Source: Bdellovibrionota bacterium FG-1 (GTDB lineage Bacteria; Bdellovibrionota; UBA1018). From it: a stretch of DNA of 63,156 nt. Below are positions 9,801-17,000 of the stretch, piece by piece. The position numbers and the translations under genes are program-made. Within the stretch, counting starts at the first letter, position 1; the number at the start of each line of letters is the position of its first letter. Below the pieces are notes generated by a model. It was not told where the DNA came from. It saw nothing but the letters and a program-made list of their open reading frames with translations, and ran no database searches. The stretch spans positions 1-63,156 of the forward strand of contig JBBCAW010000085.1 in NCBI GenBank assembly GCA_051382295.1, in the 5' to 3' direction.

Positions 9801-10343
9801 CGCGTTGGTGATCTCGTCGGCATTCGGGAAAATTGCGACCAGTTGGAGGTAGTTTTTTTCGGCCTCCGTCTTTTTTTCCATTTCCTCATAGGCCTTTCCT
9901 CGAAGGAACCAGGCGTGGGAAATTTCTTCAAAGCGAGGATAGTGTGCGATGAGGCGGTCCAAGGTTTGGATGGAGTGGTTCATTTCTTGATGGTGTTTTG
10001 AAAGATTTAAGGCTTTTCTGTTTCGATGGGCTTCGGCGTGGGCTAGGCGAAAAAGAATGGCGGCCTTTTGTTGCTGAATTTCAGCGAGTTTTGCAAGTAG
10101 GATGGGCTCTTGGGTTGAGTTGTTTTGGTATTTTTTGAGCAAACTGACCAGTCGTGAAATGGCGAGGTCTTGCGAGGAGAGTGCGACTTGGTCGACGTTT
10201 CTCTCCTGTTGCTCGGTGCCGGCTTGGGCCACCTTGATTTCAATGGGGCGCTCTGAGGCAGGGCTGCTCCGATTTGGTAAAAAAGAGAGCGCTAACATGA
10301 GGAAGGGGATGGCGAGATCATTTGGGCGCATCGGAGTCTCCAT
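6900..10343 (-). CDS. large periplasmic TPR protein, GltD/AgmU-like
   Basis: Many TPRs (AWFLRGKAY, ALYKLAWAHYNL, AHYNLAETLF) and AYEDTL...PFEEK near the C-terminus; start is ATG 10343 or 10331 rather than 10607. Confidence 0.75.
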   Translation of the reverse strand: METPMRPNDLAIPFLMLALSFLPNRSSPASERPIEIKVAQAGTEQQERNVDQVALSSQDLAISRLVSLLKKYQNNSTQEPILLAKLAEIQQQKAAILFRLAHAEAHRNRKALNLSKHHQEMNHSIQTLDRLIAHYPRFEEISHAWFLRGKAYEEMEKKTEAEKNYLQLVAIFPNADEITNAYMSLAEFSIDAGNHARAINFLTAVEKRPEDPHFPFALYKLAWAHYNLKNIPQALSYAERQISFYNERKSRTETNFTSESDLALRENTLLDTTVFYFEGFEQKLAKYSISEAMNYFKGLEQGPLLGKMFLRFAKLLRSHDREIDLLEWKKQTVTSYSQLPESLDVVMLTYEFELNHRHYDQVVNCAHDMVQLYSTNKTHASFPKAQKQLLDTAEGLQNLIVKNKGANQVGDYSRILAQLYESFVHVVEETDPRIPRAHYNLAETLFTIQDYLGATEHYRWVVDHGKWTAPDSVTEASLKAIASRYEVLRSKDLIPKELKAHALPQNESKNELPPLLAQWIQWIDTHIQHLTTQQLSNETETFIFEANRALYQHGNFQQAIQRMTQFALRYPKSKYAIPQASLILDTYIASENWEQTHELATDLLDLPEWKTGDFSKRLYVVAADAFYKQLEIRFHARDFISTLKGCDEFLEKYSQSPRLADTLALAGTAALENIERLRAQTYFSRLLTEAPLSSNAPAALLARGTLYEDRYEFTAAAADYRAYVAASEPKITDTKSRDEIRRKALALTWLAGDSHLLQSALNQPTLCVPTLAMECEKYQILLSLDSFNPENTQKAFEKVRQESNGNHSLWALLALEDAKNLTFHDRNIALRRAISGWKTVDPLIKFTLLPRLTRSLTKTFALNRAALTQLAPLRADEKHITRRIEVIREMENTATEALQLPWSRIRAEVLNEIAGTYLDLSQNLAALPAPKGLNAAETQAYEDTLRRLILPFEEKGQDMRAKAFEIGSRFAIEDEALNAISQPFFAENPSQAKALRKSRLPGSQPQALELNILEHIDLGGGWAPLISNSSGSLSEKQAYENPAQYIKSLWIRAYKAHHLPQVAFFMQEAQEKALIQAGVMNAVKALSMNQAGARGEGLAELNDARQDLKANAKNLITRLLVRFYQNSYAHEKAQSLARDLDSPLAQR

Positions 10344-10512
10344 TGGATTAACGTTCCAATTGTTAATATATGACAACAGAGCGAAAATTGCTACATAAAT
10401 AGTAAAAGTGTAATAAACAGATAGGGTTGAGTTGATTTTATGGCAAACTAGTTTTGTGGATTCTAAGAAAAGTACTTTTGAAGAGTCGGTGAAGCCTGTC
10501 CTTGAAAAGTGG

Positions 10513-10929
10513 ATGGTGGATGCCGCAAATCTCAAGGAGTCGCAGCCCAAGCATATCTTGTTTCTATGCGCGGCGAACTCGGCGCACAGCCAAATGGCTG
10601 AAGGCATCGCAAGAAGTTTTCAGCCGTCGGGTGTTCAGTTCTCGTCAGCAGGGTCCACGCCGTCGATGGTGAGTCCACTCTCCATCCGAGTTTTGGGTGA
10701 GATCGGGATCGATATTTCAGGGCATCTTTCCAAGGGTTTCCGGGTCATTGATTCATCGTCGGTGGATACCGTGATTACGCTCTGTGCGGACGAATCATGC
10801 GCGACCTATTTTGAGAAGGCGAATCGGATTCATTGGGGGTTTCCGGAACCCGATGGGATCGAGGAGTTTAGGGACGTACGAGATGAGCTGCAAAGGCGGC
10901 TGGGGTTTTTGTTTGGAAATTGGGAGTAG
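10513..10929 (+). CDS. arsC: ArsC/LMW-PTP-fold protein with degenerate active site
   Basis: ILFLCAANSAHSQMAEG, SAGS.P, ITLC....C, HWGF..P; catalytic Arg and Asp are substituted. Confidence 0.7.
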   Translation: MVDAANLKESQPKHILFLCAANSAHSQMAEGIARSFQPSGVQFSSAGSTPSMVSPLSIRVLGEIGIDISGHLSKGFRVIDSSSVDTVITLCADESCATYFEKANRIHWGFPEPDGIEEFRDVRDELQRRLGFLFGNWE

Positions 10930-10930
10930 C

Positions 10931-11032
10931 GGTTTCCGGTGAGTTGTTGCACGAAAGCAAACTTCCTGTTTTTACACAACTTTCGCCATCCATGGCTGTT
11001 GTGATTTTCGCGCAACAACTCACCGCGAAACC
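10931..11032 (-). repeat. structured palindromic element A (three-way junction with two GGA hairpins); candidate ncRNA or repeat
   Basis: 26-bp outer inverted repeat, inner CACAAC/GTTGTG arm capped by GCCATGGATGGC, plus AAACAGGAAGTTT hairpin (minus strand). Confidence 0.75.
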
Positions 11033-11050
11033 TTATAAGTACAAAAGGTT

Positions 11051-11071
11051 ATTCCCGCTTTCAGCGGGAAT
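11051..11071. terminator. hairpin between convergent arsC and DUF2442 genes, possible terminator
   Basis: ATTCCCGCT-TTC-AGCGGGAAT perfect stem; U-tract is weak. Confidence 0.4.
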
Positions 11072-11109
11072 TGCTCAATTGGGAGTGATGTATTTTTGCT
11101 TGGAAAATC

Positions 11110-11361
11110 CTATGCAGTCTTGTATGTGACGAATCCTTGTTCGACGAGGTAATAAGGATCAATGTCATAGCCGGTCGGCCAAGTTACAATACCATTGCGC
11201 ACAAAAACTTTTTTGAACTCCGAAAGCGATTTAAGCGGGTCAACTACAGGCCCTGATTGGCTGTTAATGAATGACATATCAAGTCTCATTACACGGCCAT
11301 CTTCTAGCGTGACGAAAATGCTAAAGTCGTCCTTTGCAATCACCTGAAGCGCCTTAATCAT
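11110..11361 (-). CDS. DUF2442 protein (antitoxin-like partner)
   Basis: VTLEDGR...D...F.KVFV.NG.VTWPTGYDIDP pattern; overlaps the DUF4160 gene. Confidence 0.85.
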   Translation of the reverse strand: MIKALQVIAKDDFSIFVTLEDGRVMRLDMSFINSQSGPVVDPLKSLSEFKKVFVRNGIVTWPTGYDIDPYYLVEQGFVTYKTA

Positions 11362-11626
11362 TGTCAGCTCCCTGAATGTATTTTGGGATTTCGTTTTTGG
11401 AAACTCTTGACCAGTTATCTATCAATTCGTCTTTATGACGATTTGCCCATTCCTGGATTAATTTGGTGACTTTGGGTGATAGACTTCCTGCAAGGACTTC
11501 TCCAGAATCGATTGAAAACGAAGCATCGCCACCCTGATATCTGGCATGAAAATACCCGGCCTTATGCTGACCATGAGCATAATACATGTAGATGGTTATT
11601 CCGAAGAAATCCGAAATGCTTGGCAT
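11354..11626 (-). CDS. DUF4160 protein (HicA-like toxin family)
   Basis: MPSISDFFGITIYMYY...H...HARY...I..GEVLAG.L...I.EWA..H..EL..NW. Confidence 0.88.
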   Translation of the reverse strand: MPSISDFFGITIYMYYAHGQHKAGYFHARYQGGDASFSIDSGEVLAGSLSPKVTKLIQEWANRHKDELIDNWSRVSKNEIPKYIQGADND

Positions 11627-11684
11627 CGGACCTAGGTTAGCATTGATGTGTTCAAAGGTCAAAAGTGAGCGAGCAGAGTGCTGC

Positions 11685-12239
11685 TTAGAAGGCTTTTGCT
11701 GCGTCAACTCGATAATTTGGGCAGGCCTCCTGTTGATCGAGTTGTTCGTTGATGTCGTCGATCTGCTTTTGGACTTTGCCTGCGATACTCGGGGCTGCGG
11801 CCTGGCATTCTTCCAAAGCCTTGAGTGCTCGTTTGTTAGTCTTGCGCATGGTGAATTCTCTTGCTTGAGCGGACTCTTGGTTCGCTGTCATAATTGTTAA
11901 GATTTGGTTGGCTTGGCGTTTTTGTACGTTTGTTTCAAAAACAGGCATGCAATTGTTTTTGTTCCCAAATGCAAACATTTCTTTTTTGAATGCACTAGCT
12001 TGATCGTCGACTTTTTTTACAAGGTCTTGAATTTTCTTCGATAGACCGGTCGCAGGGGTAGTTCCGTTCTTTATGTCCTTGATATTTTTTTCGGCAAAAT
12101 GGCCCATTTCGGCCATAAGTTCATTCTGCATCAAGATGAATTGTTCATACTTGGTTTGAATGGGTTTTTTATCCCCTTTGAGGGAATCCTTAATCTCATT
12201 AGTGAGAGGTAAAATGTAACTGCCTAGTCCCATCCCCAT
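11685..12239 (-). CDS. hypothetical helical protein, possibly 5'-truncated
   Basis: 184-aa ORF; the frame stays open upstream of the ATG with no start or RBS. Confidence 0.5.
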   Translation of the reverse strand: MGMGLGSYILPLTNEIKDSLKGDKKPIQTKYEQFILMQNELMAEMGHFAEKNIKDIKNGTTPATGLSKKIQDLVKKVDDQASAFKKEMFAFGNKNNCMPVFETNVQKRQANQILTIMTANQESAQAREFTMRKTNKRALKALEECQAAAPSIAGKVQKQIDDINEQLDQQEACPNYRVDAAKAF

Positions 12240-12387
12240 TCCGCTTCCGACTGGGCTAATTCCAGACGCAATTGAGGACGCCCCTTTGAATGGTCTCTTG
12301 AAAATTCTACCCCCCCTCCCAAAAAGAAAGAAAAACCGTGAATTTCAAAAATAGCTGTTTTTTGGCAAAAACGGCGGAAAAATGATG

Positions 12388-12771
12388 TCAAATCCTCACA
12401 AGCTGAGGAATTTGCGAGAAGTGGGAATCTCTTGAAAAGAGAATCAGGTCATACTGCAAAGCCATCGCGGCGATCCAGATGTCGTGAGTGGGGATGGGTG
12501 TGCCTTGTTGTTTAAGGTGACAATACACTTTAGCGAAGTGATGGGTGGTTTGTTCATCGGGGTAAAGTACCTTCACGCGAGGAGTATTTAAAAATTCGGT
12601 GAGTTGAGCTTCGTTTTTTTTCCCTTTCGTTCCTAGCGAAAATCCAGATCTGAGCTCGGCTATCACTACGAAAGGGAGATAAATCTCATCGGCAGCTTGC
12701 AACGTGTCCATGGCTTTTGCCTCACCACGGGCAGCATCAGTATAGGTATTGGTGTCGAGCGCGATTTTCAT
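12388..12771 (-). CDS. vapC: VapC PIN-domain toxin
   Basis: LDTN...VIAEL...G..IPTHDIWIAA.A....L.SRD.HF. Confidence 0.93.
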   Translation of the reverse strand: MKIALDTNTYTDAARGEAKAMDTLQAADEIYLPFVVIAELRSGFSLGTKGKKNEAQLTEFLNTPRVKVLYPDEQTTHHFAKVYCHLKQQGTPIPTHDIWIAAMALQYDLILFSRDSHFSQIPQLVRI

Positions 12772-13028
12772 TTCCAGAGATCCTTGTCAATCAATCTGAC
12801 CTCGTTGAGCGCGGTTTCAGTGACGTCATCTTGAACCCAGGACCCGAAAAAATGGTCTAGGTCTCGGTGCTTTTTTACCTCATCCGCGACGCCGGCGCCT
12901 TTAGCTAAGGCCTCGAGGGCGACCTCGTTTAGACTTTTTCTGGTGCGGGTCGCTTTTTGCCTCAGTGCTCGGTCAATGATTGGTGAGACATTTCTAATGG
13001 TGTATTGGACTGAGTGCCTATTCTTCAT
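12768..13028 (-). CDS. vapB: RHH (FitA/VapB-like) antitoxin
   Basis: QYTIRNV...D.ALR..A....KSLN.VALEAL; 4-nt overlap with vapC. Confidence 0.85.
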   Translation of the reverse strand: MKNRHSVQYTIRNVSPIIDRALRQKATRTRKSLNEVALEALAKGAGVADEVKKHRDLDHFFGSWVQDDVTETALNEVRLIDKDLWK

Positions 13029-13164
13029 ACCTATAGTGTAGGCATTAGGTGCATGCGAAGTCAAGTTGGTGAAAAAAGTGAGATATTTGAGTTTAACTAA
13101 CCGTAATTATAAAGGTTGTTTTCATATTTGATTAATTTAACGCTTTGCGTTAATTACTCCGTTT

Positions 13165-14310
13165 ATGAAAACCTTGCTCGCCCTGTTTCTTTTGAGTTTT
13201 TGCACATTTACCCCGTCACCGGTGAGGGCCGCTGAGTCTTCGCTAGGTATTCTCGTTCGGTCCGCGTTGGGGCGTTCTGTATTGGGTGAAACTTTCGAAG
13301 GAGCGCAGCTAGGCCGATTAGTTCTGATGCGGCCGGTACGCACGGATGCGGATTTAGAGTCTTTCTTAATTCGCTTAGAGCGGGATGAGTTCGTCAGTTT
13401 AGCTCGTGATCTCGAGCTTCGTTTGCAGCGAATCGAGTTAGAAATTTTGCAAGAGCACGCAACGGTGGCAAATGCTGCTCAGCGAGATTTACAGTTCACG
13501 CGAACCGCTCAAGGCGAGATCAAGTTTTTGGATTTTCACACGGGCGGCGGAGGCTTGAGTTCAAGTCGACAACACTTTTTAACCCCAGAGATTGAGGAGT
13601 GGAATGGGAAACTCCTGCCTTTGGTGCGTATTCCGAGTGAGTTTCGAGACGCCGATGGCCGGGTCAATCTCGCAGATATTTTTGGAACCTCTGAAAACGT
13701 TGCTATTGGCGTGAGTGAAAAGGGAAACTACACGCTGATTGAAGGCCAAAACAGCTATTCGGGCATGATTGTGGGGGAGCCTCAGTTGAGTCAGCATCCT
13801 GCAGGCGCGCCCTTAAACCCCGGCGTCATCGTGCGCTTTGACAATCCAGGTCCCGAAGTGATCGCTAAACTTCGCAAGGAGTTAACCCTGCGTCCGGCCT
13901 CGATCACCGTGAGTTGTGTGAATGGGGCCTGTCTGAAGTTGAAGAAGGCGGGTGTTGTTTTAGGGGGCGGGGCCGAGCTTCCGATTTATCGAACGCAGGC
14001 GCTCAACCGGATCATTGAAGCCGGGTTTCGTGGGCTAGATGGCAAGCCGGTGGTTTTTGAGATCTACATGAATTCCGATCAATCGTTTGGCGATTTTTTC
14101 AAGGAAATGAAAAAAATGGATCGCCTCATTGAACGTTGGCTGCGGGTCGCCCGAATGCGCGGACAGTTTAATTTGACTACGCAAGAAGTTGAGACTTTTA
14201 AGGACTCGATGGACGATGAAACGCGCGGTATTATTTTGGCACTGGTCGAAAAGGGCGTTCCTACATTGCTTGTGGTGGCAGCCCCTTTATTGGCCCTTGA
14301 TCACCGCTAA
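13165..14310 (+). CDS. hypothetical secreted protein
   Basis: 381-aa ORF with signal peptide; 3' end overlaps the convergent exbD by 24 nt. Confidence 0.7.
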   Translation: MKTLLALFLLSFCTFTPSPVRAAESSLGILVRSALGRSVLGETFEGAQLGRLVLMRPVRTDADLESFLIRLERDEFVSLARDLELRLQRIELEILQEHATVANAAQRDLQFTRTAQGEIKFLDFHTGGGGLSSSRQHFLTPEIEEWNGKLLPLVRIPSEFRDADGRVNLADIFGTSENVAIGVSEKGNYTLIEGQNSYSGMIVGEPQLSQHPAGAPLNPGVIVRFDNPGPEVIAKLRKELTLRPASITVSCVNGACLKLKKAGVVLGGGAELPIYRTQALNRIIEAGFRGLDGKPVVFEIYMNSDQSFGDFFKEMKKMDRLIERWLRVARMRGQFNLTTQEVETFKDSMDDETRGIILALVEKGVPTLLVVAAPLLALDHR

Positions 14311-14796
14311 TTTGAAGTCCGTGTAGCCCTGAATGGCTGCTGAAGCGAGGACGGATTTGATTGTGACGTAAGGGGTGCGTTGGTCGGCGATGACGATGAT
14401 TTTTGGATCGACCTTGACGTCCGAGTTGGATTTGGCGATCAAAAGTTGGTGTTGGCGCGCGCGTTCGAGCGCTTTTGAAAGAATGGTTGAGGCGCCGTTT
14501 GTCTGAAGGTCGGACGCCTCGAAACGAAAGGCTGCAAGTCCGGCAACGGATTGGCCTTCGATTGAAACCGAGGTTTCGGAAACCTCTAATTTGAGAGCGT
14601 CGACATTGGCCTCCGACGCTTGAGCTTCGGGCAGTAGTAACCCTTTGGAAGGGCTAAGGCTGACAACGCCCGTGGCGTAACCTTTGAGTAAGAATACCAG
14701 AAGGATCACGAAGATGTCGGCCAGGGAGGTGATCTGCAGGCTCATCTCCTGTTCTCCAGCGGATTTGCGGTGAAATAGACCCCTTTTTTTGAACAT
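14287..14796 (-). CDS. ExbD/TolR-family protein (AglS-like)
   Basis: LQITSLADIFVILLVFLL; IAD..TPY..IK.V. Confidence 0.88.
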   Translation of the reverse strand: MFKKRGLFHRKSAGEQEMSLQITSLADIFVILLVFLLKGYATGVVSLSPSKGLLLPEAQASEANVDALKLEVSETSVSIEGQSVAGLAAFRFEASDLQTNGASTILSKALERARQHQLLIAKSNSDVKVDPKIIVIADQRTPYVTIKSVLASAAIQGYTDFKLAVIKGQ

Positions 14797-14799
14797 GAT

Positions 14800-15258
14800 T
14801 TAGAAACCTCCTAGCAGAACGACTGGTATGGTCTGCCGAATGACTTCCATGGCTTTGACAACGTCTTTGTAAGCGATCGAATTATCCGCAGTGAGGGTGA
14901 CCGCTTGGGTGTCCGAGTGCCGGGCTTTTGCGGCGGCGAGGCTTTCAGTGAGCTTTTTGTAGTTCCATTGATTTTCAGAGGCCACAATAGAGGTCGCGCC
15001 GCTTTCTTTTCCGGAAATCTTAACGGCTAGCTGGTGATTGGCGCTCAGTTCAACGGTTAGGCTAATGGAAGGAGGGTGGTCGCTTGCGGCTTGAGGCGCT
15101 GCGGCAGCGATTCCACCATCCAGCATTCCGATTGAAAGAAACGAGGCGGAAGCCAGCACGAAAGCGATCAAAACCGTGAAGCAATCGATGATGGACGCGA
15201 GGTTAAGTTCGAAGTCCTGGCTGTTGTCGTGGCCTGAGCCTGAAGTAAAGGAACTCAT
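14800..15258 (-). CDS. ExbD/TolR-family protein (AglQ-like)
   Basis: ELNLASIIDCFTVLIAF; AD..I.Y..VV.AME. Confidence 0.88.
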   Translation of the reverse strand: MSSFTSGSGHDNSQDFELNLASIIDCFTVLIAFVLASASFLSIGMLDGGIAAAAPQAASDHPPSISLTVELSANHQLAVKISGKESGATSIVASENQWNYKKLTESLAAAKARHSDTQAVTLTADNSIAYKDVVKAMEVIRQTIPVVLLGGF

Positions 15259-15920
15259 GCTGACCTCTGGTTTTTGTTGTCGGTTTCAGCGGCATAGTAA
15301 CGCTGTTTAAGAATGTCCAGGACCCGGATGGCGGAATGTTCAATATCGGCTACAAGCCGGTTGGATTTGTTCATTAAAAAACTGAAGGCGACCATGCAGG
15401 GGATGGCGACCGCAAGGCCCATCATGGTGGCGTTCATGGCTTGTGAGATCCCGGAAGCCAAAAGCGCGGCCTTTTGTTGGGGGTCGGCGTGGCCTACGGC
15501 CTCGAAGGATTGGATCAGACCTGCGATCGTGCCGAACAGGCCGAGTAAAGTTGCGACGTTGGCGATGGTGGCGAGAAAGCTGGTACGTTTTTGAATGGCT
15601 TGCGTGGCTTCGCCCACCGAAAGTTGAAGGCCATGCTCGATCAGGGTTTCGGGCTGGTGGGCTCGGAGGAGCGCTTGTTTGACGACCTGAGCAGCGGGTT
15701 TACCGTTGAAGCGATCGCAGAGTTGGATGGCGTCACTCACCTTGTCCGCTAAAATGAGGTCGGTGATTTTATCAAAAAACGCCTGAGGATTTCGGATGGG
15801 ATAGGTACTAAACAGGGCTCGAACCCGTTCGGCGATAATAGCGATTGCAATCAGGCCAGCCAAGATGATGGGGGCCACGTGTATAAAACTTTCTCGGATG
15901 AACTGCATAAAATTTCCCAT
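15255..15920 (-). CDS. MotA/TolQ/ExbB proton channel (AglR-like)
   Basis: LATIANVATLLGLFGTIAGLI...GISQAMNATMMGLAVAIP. Confidence 0.92.
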   Translation of the reverse strand: MGNFMQFIRESFIHVAPIILAGLIAIAIIAERVRALFSTYPIRNPQAFFDKITDLILADKVSDAIQLCDRFNGKPAAQVVKQALLRAHQPETLIEHGLQLSVGEATQAIQKRTSFLATIANVATLLGLFGTIAGLIQSFEAVGHADPQQKAALLASGISQAMNATMMGLAVAIPCMVAFSFLMNKSNRLVADIEHSAIRVLDILKQRYYAAETDNKNQRSA

Positions 15921-15941
15921 AAAAAACTCCTTTGGTTTTGA

Positions 15942-16781
15942 TCAGTTTTGGGCTTGTCGAATACCGCAAGCGGTGGTTTCAGCTTCGTTGAGCCAGTCTT
16001 TGAATAATTCGTTGGCGGGAGCTCGGCCCGTGAGTTCGTTATTGGCTTCGAGATTTTCGAGTTCTTTTTTGACTTGGCCATCGAGTCTGGCCATGACGTC
16101 GCCTTCGCGGTCGGAGGGGTTCTTAGGATCCCACTGTCCAAGGCGTGCATCCGCTTTTTCGCCAGTGTTGGCGCCAATGGCCTCCATGAACTCGTCTTTA
16201 GGGACGACGCAATCCTTTTGAATGTCTGCGAGCTTGTCGCAGCCCATGAGCTTTCCGGTGCAAAAGCGAACGGTGACTTTCGATTTTGGGCCCGCGATGG
16301 ATCCAATGATGACTTCATCGGCGTGGTCCTTGACCGCAAGATAGTGCACAGGGGTGCCATTGACTCGCACGCAGACGCTCTTGGGGTTGATGTCGGGACG
16401 TTTGAATTTGAGCCAATTTTTGTGATGGCTGCAGCTTTCTTCGTCGGGGTGTGAGGTCATTTCTTTGTGATGGAAGCTGACGGTGAAGCAATTGTCTTGG
16501 GGCACGACAGGGGTTGGCAATGCGGCTACGGTGAGAGGTGTTGGGCCTTGGGCTGAGGGCTGAGTCTGTGTCGGTGCGGATGGGCCTTGGGGTTGTGCTG
16601 GGTTCTGTGTGAGGGCTTGAGGCTGAGCTTCCTTTAGGTGGGGAATGGGCGCGACCGAGGAAGAAGAGGGTGTGGTGTTTTGGGTGTCTTTTTTGTGAAG
16701 GGTAAGGATTAGGCCTAGGGCTATAAAAAGCAGGGCCGAGGGGAGAATCCATTTTTTAATGCGTTCTTGTGATGGCTTCAT
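15942..16781 (-). CDS. hypothetical membrane-anchored Cys-containing protein, first gene of the motor operon
   Basis: N-terminal TM, Pro/Gln-rich linker, several Cys; RBS AGGAG. Confidence 0.7.
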   Translation of the reverse strand: MKPSQERIKKWILPSALLFIALGLILTLHKKDTQNTTPSSSSVAPIPHLKEAQPQALTQNPAQPQGPSAPTQTQPSAQGPTPLTVAALPTPVVPQDNCFTVSFHHKEMTSHPDEESCSHHKNWLKFKRPDINPKSVCVRVNGTPVHYLAVKDHADEVIIGSIAGPKSKVTVRFCTGKLMGCDKLADIQKDCVVPKDEFMEAIGANTGEKADARLGQWDPKNPSDREGDVMARLDGQVKKELENLEANNELTGRAPANELFKDWLNEAETTACGIRQAQN

Positions 16782-17000
16782 GGGTAGACCGCTCCTTGAG
16801 TGTTTTGCTTAAATATTAATATAAATTAACAGAGATAAGAAAGCAAAAGAAATCAAAGGGTGGGGAAATACGCTGATAATTTAGCGGGTTATACGATCCA
16901 AAGGGAGCTGCAGCGCATTAGTATGAATTGTAAAATCAAATTAGGGGTCCAGTTAACGCGCTGCTCCCGTTTCAGAGCGTTCGATATGATTCGCTTCTCA

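Noticed and set aside
10344..10607. N-terminal extension of the 1235-aa TPR ORF overlapping arsC
   Set aside because: The signal-peptide-like segment begins at 10343/10331, and the extension crosses an AT-rich promoter gap and the antisense of arsC.
10430..14310. Integron cassette array
   Set aside because: There is no integrase, gene orientations are mixed, and no repeated attC-like RYYYAAC/GTTRRRY sites are seen. Only one structured element is present.
16903..16968. Imperfect inverted repeat GGGAGC..AGCGC/GCGCTGCTCCC downstream of the TIGR02147 gene
   Set aside because: It is bulged with a large loop and has no GGA hairpins or U-tract, so it cannot be assigned a role or grouped with elements A/B.
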